Positions 12,512 through 25,708 of a stretch of DNA of 64,000 nucleotides are shown here, piece by piece. Positions within the stretch are counted from its first letter, which is position 1. Each line of letters opens with the position of its first letter. The notes below the pieces were generated by a model that was given only the letters and a program-made list of their open reading frames with translations, made no database searches and had not been told where the DNA came from. Position numbers and translations under genes: made by a program. This DNA comes from Takakia lepidozioides (lineage: Eukaryota; Plantae; Bryophyta): NCBI GenBank assembly GCA_030704615.1, contig CM060733.1, positions 28,954,001 to 29,018,000 on the forward strand, written 5' to 3'.

Positions 12512-14678
12512 CCTGTTCCTCTTAGGAGTGTGTTAAATTGGTTTCACCCCATTTGAGTTCAGGTGAAGATCATAGACAACAAAAAACAGGCCTCGGCAGG
12601 CTTCTTAATGAGCCCTTCCCGTAGGTGTCATTTTGAGGTGTGGGACTTAAAAAAAGTTTTGAGGAGGTGTTTGTGTCGCAGGGGCTCAATAGGGTAGATT
12701 AGCCATGTCTGAAAAAGGCTACTGACAACTGATCCCTTTCCTGGCTGATAAGAAGCAGAAAGCAGGTTATTTGTTTTGAAGTTTAGCTTATAAAGGTGAT
12801 GAAACTCCACCAGCAGTTCAGTCATGTCCTTTCTCTCTCTTCAAATTGCAGTAAGTGTGTGGCATACAGATGACAAACGGTCTGTTGCAACTTGATTCCT
12901 TTGAGGACCAGTGCGAGTTAGCTTAATTGGCACTGCAGGCAATTCAATTCTTACGGTACCTGCTTAGGAAAATGCCTTAAACCGGAAAGGGAGTTGACTG
13001 TTGAGGGTGATGGTGTGGGCTACAACTGCAATTGATATAGATATGGATTTGTGCAACTCCTGCAATCAACCCGATTCCTAGGTCCTTAGAGGGGAAGATG
13101 TCCCATAAGAATTTAATGGTCATGCAGCTTCCTAATGAGCTCAGGGCAAGTTAGATACTGAAGCCCAGTTGCACTGGGCTCTTGTGTGTGACAGTCAATT
13201 CTCTCGGCAAGGGTTTTGGGTATTGAGTGGTGCTGCTTTTTCAATCAAAAGAGAAGGAGCTGGTGGTCATTACATACTTTTTTCATTTATTCCTCGATAT
13301 TCTACAGTCTTGAGGTAGTTCTACAGTCTTGAGGTACTTCGTACCATGAGAGCCACGAACTCCCAAGCTTTTGCAGTTATCCCAGTGTGTACACCAGTGT
13401 TGTACTGAGCGATACCAGGCACGTATTGGTATACAGGGTGTGGATACCAGGCTCGTCTTGGTATACAGTGTGTGGACCAAGTCAAAGACTAGGCATATCA
13501 AGGTATATATTGACTTCATTTTTTCAAAAATCAGTCTGGTAGGAATATAATTTTCAATCTAGTACGAATATGAGTAGTTGATTAGGTGACACTAGTATAC
13601 ATATCCGGGTCTGGTATTCCGATATGCACAATTCAGAAAGAAACAAGCGGCTCCGCCACAAGAGGCTGCGTCTTCGGTGATTTTGGGGTTGTTGTTTTAT
13701 ACTTTTTAGGGCTTCATGAATCATGCCCATCAACCCTCCATAGACTAGCTTAATGGATAAGCCTAGTTCTCCCCCTAGGCAACCAAACAACAATTCCAAG
13801 CATCACGCACCTACACAAAACCATACATATCAAAATGGGTATCTTCCCCACACCTAATGCACGCCATATCGTAATCAAAGAAAAAATCTATTATGGCCTT
13901 TATTATACCCCAACAAACATTGCACATTATGCCACGTACAGCCCCCCAAAGTAGACACATGCCACACCCGCTTCTCCATTGTAAGCACCCCATACTCCAT
14001 CAGATCCTAAATCCAGATGGTTTAACCTCATCAATGCAGGTACGTTTCAAGATAGACCACCGGACCACACAATACCTCCATGGCTTCTACCCTGGACATG
14101 TCTCTACATGCCATGTCGTTGTCTAGCAAGGTTATGCCCCGATATTCTACTTATCCATGGACTACCTCTTTCATCAACAATACCAACAGGTCCACACCCC
14201 TCCCTCACCATTCATATAATAGAATTTACATTTTGTCATGATTGAAACCCTAACCAATCAATTATATTTAAACGTGAAAAATATGAACGCTCATCTTAGC
14301 CCTTTGTCACCATGGATGGAACACGGCCCCTTTGACTATCATTACTGTTGGTGTCAGAGGGGGGGCACATTACCACATTACCACAATACTATATATATAT
14401 AGTATACATATATATCCCCTAGGCAAGATCTCTCCACAATGCCTCTATCCCCTGCGGGTCCCATCAACCCTCTAAAGACTACGCTTAATGGATAAGCCTA
14501 GTTCTCCGTTCTCTGCCTAGCTCCGTCTAGACAAGAAGTCTCCACAATGCCTCTATCCCTTGCGGGACAGAGCCAACAAATGGCAAAACGTGGGACAAAA
14601 TAAGGCAAAGTCCGAAATGACCAATTACCGCCCTAGATAAACTAACCACCATGCAATGTCTTGTCTCTTTTTTGGCAA

Positions 14679-14802
14679 TTAGCCATCATTAGACGAAAGA
14701 GTGGTATTTACGGATTGGTGCCGATGTTGTGCGTCACCACCTCCCAACTATCCTACACATTCAATCAAGGTTGTCATTGCAAAGCTATAGTAAAGGTGCA
14801 CG
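14679..14802 (-). pseudogene. Organellar (mitochondrial-type) LSU rRNA fragment, NUMT
   Basis: Reverse complement reads CGTGCACCTTTACTATAGCTTTGCAATGACAACCTTGATTGAATGTGTAGGATAGTTGGGAGG...AAATACCACTCT, matching conserved bacterial-type LSU rRNA sequence as I recall it for plant mitochondrial 26S. Confidence 0.75.
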
Positions 14803-16199
14803 ACAGCCAATATTTATTAAACAATTGATTGCGTGCATTTATAAGCTTGGTTTGTGCATTCTCACGTAGCGACTTTTGCACTATGAGAATGCACCACTAC
14901 AAATGGATTCATATAAACCTAGCTTACCACATTTCTAGGTACCGCCCTATACAATCCACAGAAATGTGAAGAGCCTTTATTTATAACAATATTATATGTT
15001 GCATATGATATGATAAAACAAATTATTCACTTTTCTTAGACCAAATCGCAACAATCTTTAGGTTCTCTCCCTCATGCTCTGCACTAATTATTAATCACTA
15101 ATTATTAATTATTACCACTATATTCAACATTCATGGAACTACACGTAAGATATGTAATTGGAAAGAATACTAGGGGAGTTTCCTACGACACTGGGCAGTA
15201 TTGGTCTCCAACAACAACAAAATCAATGAAGAACCGACTGGTTTGGTAGATATCAAGATAAGGTAGTGGTATCTTGAAGTGTGCTTTTAAGCAGTGTGCA
15301 ACTCCTCAGAGGGTGTAGTGTCACAAAAATTATATGAGCAGAAAATTAAATGAAGCAACAATCATTTGTGCAAAGCACATAATTTTCCAATCACGGATGT
15401 ATTATATATGAATTATCAAAATCAAAGTGCATATTATCCCACTACTGCTCAGTAGGTCCATCCTATAATGCCATATAATCCTCCTTGATATGTGCTTTAA
15501 GTTGCCCTAAGTGCACAAGATGTGCACCTACAACTGTCCCAAAAATTAACAAAACTAGGCCATGTGCGGGCCCAAAAGTAACGGTCTCCCAACGCGGGAT
15601 TGGGCACATCTACTTATGGAAGGACCCATAACTTTCCTTTGGAGGGATGATGACCTGTGCAAAATCTGACCATATACAACTCCAAGTAGGACCCTTAAGT
15701 ATGCCCTGAGTTGACCTACAACTCCTCATATATGGCCATATGAGAACCCTAAACTAGCCGACCGCGTGGACGCAGCTAGAAGACTCCACAACTCCCTCAT
15801 TTCCCATTCTTCCGCCATCCTTAGCAACGGAAGCATGATAAAAATGTGTGCATTGTAACACTATATAAGGTGCACCATGCATCCCATTTGCATTGATGCT
15901 TGGTTGCTGTATTAATTGGCCATTGTCCCAAAACACTCGCCTCCACTTTCAAAAACAAATTAGGAATTTGAAATAAGAATCAATAGGCTGCTATGTAATT
16001 AGCTTCACTAATGCACCATTAAATAAGCCCCTTGTACTCCAAAACACCTCACATCGTACCTAATCCAAAGCAATAATTAACCTTGAATCGCCTCCTTTAC
16101 AAAAGTGCACAGTACTAGGATGAAAAGGGTGACTTCATTCATCAAAAATAGGGGACATAATAAGGTCGCACACACTTCTAGATGCCACTACCTTAATAT

Positions 16200-19100
16200 T
16201 CTTAAGGTTATGAGGGTGACCTGTTTAAAACCATAATATGCCACTAAGTGGATATCAGGCTAGTGCATATATACCAAAGGCAGCCCTCTATACCGGTACA
16301 ACACGGATGTACATCTTTCTCTCTCTCTCATATGCACACACATTGTATGCCAGAACCTCCCTCTTTGGCCAAGAAAATTGCTAGCTATACGATTAAGTCA
16401 GCAGGCATCTCATAAACACCATTTCTTTCTTCTTTCACATAGTGGGCCTGCAAATTTCGCACAGACTCGCCATAAGTTTCATTGGAAGAGGATTTTTCAC
16501 GTTTTTCTACAACATACACAGACATTTTCTTGGTTGGAGATTTCTTTGACCCCACAGACCCTCTACACATTCAACACATGCAAGTTTGAAGAGACAGTGG
16601 GGAACATCTACAGTGAAATCACAAGTTATGGTCATCATTTACTCAGATTTTGTAAGGTTCAACGGCTTACCATTTGCAACGGCACTCGGAACTTCCCTGC
16701 CTCTGGACACTTCATCTGCTATACATACAAAGGACAAAGTGTGGTTGACTATCGACTCTTGGGGAGCCCTACCACAACACATAAGATCAGCTCTTTTTAT
16801 ATTACGAGGTACCCCGATTTTGATCACTATTGTCTTTCCTTCACAATTCCTTAAGTACAACTCTGACATCCTACGAGATTAGTCTTCATATTCTCTTACC
16901 CTTTTACACCCCCGTATTCACTTCAATACTCCCTTCACTCACATACACGATGCCAAATATGCAACATGTCTAGCGTCAAATCCTTCCATCAGTAATCAAC
17001 CATCTGTTAATGATAAGGCTTCCTATCTCACTCACTCTTTCTTGGACTCAACCCTACGATCGTACCCAAGTCATTGTCCTATCTACCTCCTCTCTTTAAT
17101 CTACCAATAGCTATGCACCATTTTACGATGAAGAATGCAAATTTGTCAGACGACACATCAAATCTCTACTCCTTGATACGGCCCATTCTATTCCAGACTC
17201 TAAAAAAAAACCTCTCAAGTATTACAAGTCCCTCATTAGATCCAAAAAAAGAACCTACACTACTAAGTTACAATCTACTTTCATTGCAAAAGATCAAGTT
17301 TTCTCCTCGTTCTTCTTTGTCCCTTCTTAAACCTCGAGGAGATCCACCCCCAATCCACATTTGGCATACTTATGCTCAGTCATTGTATCACTCCCCAAAC
17401 CAATCTCCCCTTAGACATCTAACCTCCAAACCTATGCATAAATTTCTCTTTCTCCACTACATCAATTGTCAACAAGACAGTCAAATAGCTACTAAACGCC
17501 ACCTAGCAGTGGATTTATCAAGGCTACAAAGTGAATTATCCACCCCCTCTTCAAGAGTAGTGACAAGCTCGCACCGACTAACTATCGCACGATCATGGTT
17601 TCTTCATTATTGACTATTTAACTATTTGGGGCTGTAGTAGCCAATAAACTAGATGATTGGGCTGAAACCTCTCACCTGCGCACTATTGGGCAAGCAAGCT
17701 TCCGTTGCAACAGTACTCCCCTCTTGACCACATTTTCACTTTTCGGACTATGGTGGAACGAGCAAGCCATGATCATGTTTTTATCTGGTTTGTTTTGTGG
17801 GCTTTCGAACGACTTTTGATTCAGCTTAATTTTTCAAAGGCTCCACATGATGCAGGAAGTCCTCTCAAACATTTCATATGTCATTTTACCCATTCATGAT
17901 ACTATCATCAGCATGGTCAAGGTTGTAGGAGAATTCTCGGTAGGAGTTCATAGCAACATTGATGTCAAAGAGGGCTGCCCTCTCTCACTTACCATTTTTG
18001 GGATCTACATAGTCACTTTGGAGCCTCTTTGGAGGGATACATTTCAAAGAATTATGGAGTGCGGGTGCCTTTGCAATCAAACATTTCTCTACGCTAATGA
18101 TGTTGCTCTCTTGGCACAATCTCCTATCTTCATTCAACGCCACCTTCGTATACTAGAATACTTCTCCAAATTCTACAAGTTGCAGATCAACCTCATCAAA
18201 ACTAAGATCATGGTTTTAATGGTCATGCGGATCTAGATTCCACTACAATCAGCAAGACATTGAGGCTGTCAAATTCTATACGTACCTGGGTCTGGTTGTC
18301 CACTCAACCACAAGTGCTATGGACAGATTGATGAAGGATAGGGCTGCCTCCATTCGCCTCCAGGCCCAATATAAACAGACACATCTGTATTGTCCGCCAA
18401 CTAAATAGTGGCTTTTTGATACCGTTGTCCCCAACTGCCATTTATGGATGTGGGGTGTGGGCACCTTATGTCCCAATTTCCTAGTAGGAGAAAATTTTGG
18501 AACCATGCATTATAGTGATCTTTCCTCCAAACAACGTTTGTTGCTTGAGGCACAATTCCATCACAATTTTATGTGCGGAGTTTGCATGTGTGCCAGCTCT
18601 TTAAATGGAAGCTAGCTTTAGGCTTACAATATTCTTTCTCAAAAAGTTTATAAGCCCTAAACCCCACAGGGCTCATTGTAAGGGCCGTTAAAACATCTAT
18701 CAGGCTATATATAGCAACTTCAAGCCCTCTTGACATGCTCGAGTATGTAGGTTTTTTGAGCGCAATGGACTCTCTGTTGCTTCCATATTGCGAGAAAATG
18801 CAAAAAAGGTAGAAATCATGTCCAAACACGATCGCAACAGACACATCAGAAGACAAGTTATGGAACTTCATGTCCGGCCAATATGGGAGTCTACCACTTT
18901 AAGAACGAGACTCCATTTCTACGGAGAGAAATTTTTAGTTCTCTGTGATGATAAAATCTTGCGGCCTAATTACTTATCTATCTCTTTATCTCCTTATCTT
19001 CTGAGGGAATTGGGGCAGTATAGGATGACCTCCACAATTTGGGAAAACTTGCATCGTGAAGATCGCCTCTGTCCAACATGCGCTGGGCCCAACCGTTGTA

Positions 19101-19260
19101 TCGAAACTGAAGAACACTTCTTATTTTATTGCTCTCTTTTCTATGAGATCCATGGGAGATTCCACTATCCGTGGTAACCCAATCTCGTTTTGAAGTCTTC
19201 CATTATGAGGATCAGAAACGTTTGGCAGCTTCTCTGCACGAGGCTTTGACACTTAGGTAA
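16200..19260 (+). mobile_element. Degenerate non-LTR retrotransposon (LINE) ORF2: endonuclease, RT, C-terminal Zn motif
   Basis: APE-like ICNGT...YTYKGQSVVDY...DH (16670-16830); RT motifs VKEGCPLSLTIFGIY and FLYANDVALL (17960-18110); C-terminal REDRLCPTC...ETEEHFLFYC (19055-19135). Many stops and frameshifts; boundaries approximate. Confidence 0.85.
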
Positions 19261-19599
19261 TCCCTCGAGAAGAAGTTGCTTTTGGGCTGCTTCTGGCTCC
19301 ACTCTGTGACTTTTATCTTTTCATGTTTTTTTCTTCCTTTGTCACATAAGCTCTTTGAGCTTTCTGCGAACGTTATAAAGTTCCATTTCATTTTTTTCCT
19401 TCTTCTCCAACCAAAGTGCTGCATTTGTTGAATTTTGAGGGCATAGTGACGGGACATGGATATGGACATGGACTCTTTAGCTTTGTTGTTGTTATAATAC
19501 AAGCCCACTTCTATCCAAATGACGAGGTACATGACTATCTAAATGAGGTATTTCACTGGCATCATTTCTCTTTTTCTCGACTTTATGTTACTATCCCCT

Positions 19600-20531
19600 G
19601 TAGATCCGTATGTTAATGTATAGTTTTCCAAGTTTGCCATATCTAGTCCGTCTTTTATCCAATAATGTCTCAAGGGTCTGCCATTGGTTGAGTCCTCATA
19701 TTTTAATGCCTTCAAGTACTGGTTACTCAAAAGTGGTGCATCTACCATGTTGTTCTTCTAGCACCTTGAGGTTGACCATGCTCAGGTTGTCCTTCTTGTT
19801 CCAACTGATGCATCAAAGCATCGACGTCAATGTCTCAGCCGTCTAAAATCAAATATACAATATGCAACAACATACTACGACATGAGGAAGTATGCAATGG
19901 GCAACTCCCCCAAGAACAGGTCATTCTTGAAAAAATTCTATACCTATTCACATAGTCGTGGAGGCTCTTTGCACCTGCCGCGATCTCCAATTTGAACTGA
20001 GTTGTTTGTGTTGTGTAATGGGTACTATATCCAAAGGTGTTATCGAGGAGGTCGAGGTGAAATTCCTGAATTCCCCTCATTCACCGATGGGAAGGCCTCC
20101 TGCCATGCTTGCTGCACTGACCTTGCTGCACACACTGACTTATTACTTGATGCAGATTGTCAATTGTATCCCACAATGGGATATGGATAGACACATAAGA
20201 AAGCAACTCAACCTTACAGGCCAATTGCCTCTCCTCATCAGCGGTGGACTATCCTTCGCATGGCTATTGCCCTCCAAGAGCTCACCAGTGAATCTAGTTG
20301 CAATCTATAGCACCATGAACCAAAGGCAATCCACATAATTGTTTGAACCCTGTCATGACTTGAAGCAAGTCATTGCCTTGTGGCCACCTAATCTGGTTTC
20401 TGACGACCATGTTTAGAGCTTGAATGCATTCACGTAGTACCATGTTCACTGATGATTTTTCAATTCCAAACATGTCACTGCACTGAAGATATTCAGCTCC
20501 ATGGGCTAGCTTATACAAAGAGCATGCTACC
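19600..20531 (-). mobile_element. PIF/Harbinger (HARBI1-like DDE) transposase remnant, 3' part
   Basis: LYKLAHGAEYLQCSDMFGIEKSSV...IRWP...FKQLCGLPLVHGAIDC, and VVVCCIL further downstream. The frame is cut exactly at the LTR element's target-site duplication. Left boundary approximate. Confidence 0.85.
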
Positions 20532-21304
20532 TGTTAGGTGCCTTGAACAAAGATCGAGACCTGTCAACCAGTTTGGCGAAGCACGTGATTGCTAGAATAT
20601 CGCCGAACTGACAGTTGCAGGTAAAATGGAGCAGGCTCGCGTGCATGAAGAGATCCACGATTAGGGATTTTAAAGAAGGCTTGGAGATGGCAAGTGTGGA
20701 GAAGATGAGGATGATGGTGTACTGGCGGCTAGAGCAGATCTGCTCTCCACAGGAAATCAGACTTAGCATGGCGTGGTGGTTGGGTGGACCGGATGCTGTA
20801 ACCGGTGCTGTGCTTACAGAGTTGTAAGTCGATGTTAGAATAGACGTCACAGGCCTTTGTTGGTCTGCAGCAGCAGCAGGGACTATGATCTCTCTTTTGT
20901 ACAGAGCGATGGTGTAAATACTATGACTAAGGTCTCACAAGTGCTGATTTGAAAAGGGGCAGTTTAGAGTTGATTCTAGTCACTGTTTGTGAATACACTT
21001 CCGTGAAGAACAGGGCTGAACTATCTTTGGACTGGAGTGATCTCTGTTACGATCTGAACCAAAGAATTGTGACTGGAATAAGAGAGGCTGGTTACTAGGG
21101 ATCCACACTGGTTTTGGATTGAATTGAGGCCCTATGATTATGAAGAGAGAAGTGCCTTGGAAATGTTGTTGATTTTCCTGTTGGATGTAATCAAGCAAGC
21201 AGTTTTCTTTGGAGTTTTGGTAAATACCCTGTGAACAGCAAAACAAGGAGAGTGCCTGAAATTGGTCATAGTTGGAAAGAGGAAAGAGTGTCAGCCCCCT
21301 TTCA
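20532..21304 (+). repeat. 5' LTR
   Basis: TGTTAGGTGCC...CCCCTTTCA, near-identical to 37450-38222 (3 substitutions seen by eye). Confidence 0.97.
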
Positions 21305-21306
21305 AG

Positions 21307-21320
21307 TGGTATCAGAGCCA
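21307..21320 (+). promoter_or_regulatory. Primer-binding site complementary to initiator tRNA-Met
   Basis: TGGTATCAGAGCCA, 2 nt after the end of the 5' LTR. Confidence 0.92.
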
Positions 21321-21384
21321 GGTTTGCGATTGGGGAGAACAGATCGTGAGTTTTGGAATTTCTAGAAATTGGGTAATTGTGTGA

Positions 21385-21777
21385 ATGAGCCAGATCTCGT
21401 TCGGCTCTGTGAGCACACACCCTGGTGACGACGATCAGGATAGTGAAATGGCTGGAGACCGTGAGCGCTTAGATGCGGCCAGTCTGCACCGAGCTTCAGA
21501 TCGCGAACATGGGAGTCAATTGTTTTCCCAGCAGCAGATGGAGGCCTTAGGTACTTTGATTCGATCTGAGATACAGAAATTGGCCCCTGCACAAGCTCAA
21601 ACTGAAAAGCGATCTAGGGATCTGCCTATGAGTGAGCCACTGAATGAGGACGAATCTGAGGCCGATTCCCATGAGGCCAAGATGAAAAGAAGCAAGGATG
21701 TCACCAGGGAGATCAGAAGATTGGTGAAGTTGCCAGAATTCTATGGTAAGCCATCTGTCAAGCCCGAGGAAATATTG
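21385..21777 (+). pseudogene. gag N-terminal part, interrupted by the Mutator insertion
   Basis: ...RLVKLPEFYGKPSVKPEEIL continues after the insertion as VFLNTLEEFFED...QLRDAAKLWW. Confidence 0.85.
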
Positions 21778-21945
21778 CAACGACGCAATGGCGTGAGCGT
21801 TGCGCGTGAGCGCGCGAGCGTACGCTCACGCAGGAGTGACGTGGCGTGAGCCTGCACACACGCTGACGTGGCGTGAGCGTCATGTCAGCATGCTGATGTG
21901 GCAGTAAATGATGACGTGGCATTGTCCGTCATCTGCCACGTCAAC
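21778..21945 (+). repeat. Left TIR and subterminal motif array (GCGTGAGC / TGACGTGGC)
   Basis: Multiple direct and inverted CGTGAGC and TGACGTGGC copies, mirrored at the right end. Confidence 0.8.
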
Positions 21946-22396
21946 ATTAACATGTGCCGCCTATAACCGTGGATGGTCCTATGACCGTGGAATTAATGCA
22001 GGGAATGTTGCCTAAATAGAATCAAGACGAGCGTTGAGGCCTACAATTGCAGCATCCAACATTGTGCAATTACAAATGCTTGTTTCACTTTTACAATTAC
22101 GAGGACGAAAAAATATCCTCACAAAGTGTGCGCCATAAAGGCTGCCACGGGAAGACCTTCCTCCCTCCTCAAATAACAATGAGAGTTAGGATCATCTTCA
22201 AAAGATGATTGTAGTGCATAGCGACAGCAAGACATAAAGACTTCGAACGGTGCAATGACAAATGTGCACTACCTAAAAATTGTCACTCAGAGCTCACTCC
22301 GTATAGTTGGAGGCCATATCATTGTACCGCCGACGAATTGATGTGAATTACACATTTCAAATCATGGTCGTCCAATACCACATTGCATAGTTGATG

Positions 22397-25300
22397 CTAT
22401 CCATGTGTTGTATCCCGCTGCAAAAGAGTATCGACCTCGTTGAAACTCATAGTGGCCTGGTGAATGAAGTTGTCACGTTTGGGATCGCAAACCATCCTCT
22501 TCAAAAATATGAAATACAAATGTTTGCAGGGTATGAATTTACCTCTCTTGCCCAAACTGGTTGATAGCATATTCACAAAATCAGGACATGTGCAATTGGG
22601 GAAATTGGAAACCGTGATGTCGTAGGTCCTGTCATGAACAACAGATGTGGAAGTGATGATTGTGAATACCCGACCATATCTTGGATCGGGTACTTCCGTG
22701 GTGCTTCCAACACGAGCTTGGAGCATTCTTGCGGACTCCACTTTGCCAAAGTGTTCAGCGGTTGGAGGGAAACGCCGAACGAGCTTTCCATCTCGTTTGG
22801 TTGGCCACAAGTCAGGATTTGCCGGGGGGACCCGGGAGGACGTAGAAGTAGTAGCACATGCATGGAGTTGGGGTTGTCTCGCAAGGGAAAAACCTGCCTC
22901 CTCCAGCATTTCAATCTCCTGAAAGCTGAGATGTGTTCCCACCTTCACGGGCCAAACGGTTGGAGGAGATGGCTTCATCACTACGGAAGGATGCACAGTT
23001 CCATGCACACATCTGGCACAATCATCTGCGCAAAACCAGAACTTGTGGTTCTTGGCTTCTGGTTGACCGTATGGACGCATCAAGCCCGTGAAAGTCGGAG
23101 CAGGAGTTCAGGCACCACCTCTGGATATAGATGAAGTGCACTTCTCGAAATTAGTTGCCCTGATCGCTGTACATTTCACACGAGACCCTACACTTGTGCG
23201 TTCTATGTGTCAAACGTGGTCGGGGCATGCGGACTCAAGCACATCAAGGGGGTTGTTTCTCTCCTGCACCATTTCAGTGGCACTGTTTGATGCTGGAGCT
23301 TGCCGTCGTGTTGGAGGTTCCCCCACAATGGAGATTCCGGACATGGAGCTGTCATGCAGGGGAACACGAGGCTTCGAGAAGTTATCACGGTCTGCCCTGT
23401 GGAAATCTGAATCCGAACCAGGTGGAGTGTTCAATTTCCTCTTACAGGAGCCGAATCTCTCATCCCCTTCAAGATGTGGAACTCTAGAAACAAGTGGCGT
23501 TCCCTGGGCATACATGCTCACCGCCCGTGCTATCTTGATTGGATCCCCAGATCTGTTTGCAGCACGCAACATCAACTCCCATTTGTCCGGACCCTTGCCA
23601 CCAACCCCAGCTCGTAAGAAATCACGGTATCGGGTTTGTTGTTGCAAGGCACGTATCAAATCATCTGTTGTTGCCACATACAAATCCCGACCTCGTTTCC
23701 CAGACTGCTGCAACCATGAGTTGTGCACAGTTTCTGCCAAATTGCAAGATGACATGTCCGCCATTTCCTCAATGGACATGTTCTGCAAAGTGCAGAACCA
23801 CACTTCAAAACAGTGAACAGAAAACAACATAAAGAAAGCGAGGACACAATAAAATGGAAAGCAAATGTATGAAAAAGCAATAAATATAAGCCTCGTATCA
23901 ATGGCATGGCTGCTCCCCACTGTCTATACTGGAAGTGCCAAAACGCCAGCCAATCTTCCAATGCTCTCATACTCTCAAGTGATGCAGCTCCAGAAGAGAA
24001 CCACCAGGCACGAATTGTCTGGAACAAAGTGTCCGCCTCCTTCATTGTTCTAGCATCTTTGTACTCTTTGCACAATTTACGGTGCTGAGTCTGTATCTCT
24101 GGTTTGATGTCCGACTTTGTATGTTTTTCCAGAGATTGTCTCCAATGAAATAGACATGTACGCTCTCTTCCTGGCATAGGCACTTTTGGGTCGCCCGATC
24201 CGAAGACAATACGAACAGCATTGAAATTTGCTTGAGCACTATCCGCCATGAAACCTGCGAAATTTGGAGATGGCAGCCCATGGCAGCCCATGACACGTAT
24301 CAGGGAATTCCACATGAGCTTCTGGATTCCGTATCCTCGGATTGCATGTCACAAACCGCAATTGTTATAACTCGTTGGTAGACTGGATCGTAGACATGAC
24401 AAGCCATTGTCGTCCAATCCTTCACTCGTTTCACATGATCAAACATAAGAAAACAGTTTTGCAAGTCCCCAGTCTTCTGCATCCGCTTCACGAGGCTAAC
24501 CCCACTGCCCTCCCCAACAGTCGACATTTTGAAAAGAAAAACTTTGATGGCACCTTGACCTGGGAATACATTGTCCTGGATGTAATCGTACTTGCTCACT
24601 CGTTTCAATTCCAAAATATTGTCTATGTAGCCTCTGATCCCAGAGCCCATTCTCAATGCATTGATCTGATGCCGAATGTTCGGTGAACTTAAAGTGGAGA
24701 AATGATCCATGACCAGGTCCAATGCTGCACCGTCAAGTTTAGTCCCTACAGAATCCCCTTCACTCAAAATATGGCTTTCCAAGAAAGACTTGCTTGCGCC
24801 AAGAGCGATTGCAGATGTTGTTGCGGATGGGTTTCTCCCGAACTCCTGTTTAATCAACCTCGATACTGTCTCAACACTCTCCCTGTAATCCCCCTTCGAG
24901 ACAGGATGGTTATGGAATCCGAAATGCACACAAGCTCTTGTCATTGTTTTGAAACGGTGGACAACATAGTACATTCTTGCTCCGCAGAGCGCCAAGCAAG
25001 ATGGCACAAGTTTGCAGAATTTGCAGACGAAAGTGTTTGTCGGTGGAGGGGCAGTCCCAGGCTGAAATAGATTTTCCGCCAGACCCTCCCATTCGCTTTG
25101 ATTATGAACCCCAGACTACAGAAAGTGTCTGCAATTCAAATTATCACACCTAAGGTGTCCATTGTAAACTGTCCTCCTGAAAACAAGCTTGTCATCATTC
25201 TGAATATTGGATGTTTTTGTTCCGCAATTTTGGAATGACACTACAAATCTCTTCTTCATCAGCTTCTCCAACCACAGTAGGAAGGACTGGATTTGGAATT

Positions 25301-25708
25301 TCACTTATGTCATCATCGGAAGAATGCAAAAGCTCAACGATTGGAGTGGAGGACGTCTGTTCTTTTTTCACCACCACCTCCCTCGTCTTCAACGACCGAA
25401 GCAGCAGTCCCGGGCGTCACATATGACCCAAGGGACTTTCGCCGAGGCTCTCCAAGTACTCTGTATCGACCAGGATGCACTCTCCACTGGCTGATATGAG
25501 CCGTCTCATCACGGTTTTGGAAAGAGTATTTCAACAACTTCCCTTTAAGATCGTACACCTCTTTCTCCAAAAAGATGGAGCCATTCTGCAGCTGAAAACG
25601 GGTAGCCAAGACATGTTCCAGAACAATTGCAAATCCATTGTCAAGGACTTCCTGGGAGAACGGCATTGGTTTGTCGTCAGAGAAGAACTCCGCTTCAGAG
25701 GAAGCCAT
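22397..25708 (-). pseudogene. Mutator-family DDE transposase with GCM-like Zn domain and C-terminal SWIM finger (disrupted)
   Basis: Zn domain GHLRCDNLNC...CKFC...C...C...ACVHFGFHNHP; catalytic core LMFDHVKR, FMADSAQANFNAV, Mutator-type CLFHWRQ (CxxH), CNLAETVHNSW; SWIM CTCPDF...PCKHLY. Lesions: stops near 25116, 23210 and 23108, frameshift near 24325, probable intron at about 23790-23900. Start codon uncertain. Confidence 0.88.

Noticed and set aside
13360-13640. MITE/hAT relic with GTATAC/ATACCAGG words (similar words at 39500-39610)
   Set aside because: No TIR pair or TSD could be identified.
20527-20850. Duplicated 107/118-aa ORFs (also 37412-37768) as a gene pair
   Set aside because: They are simply the two LTR copies.
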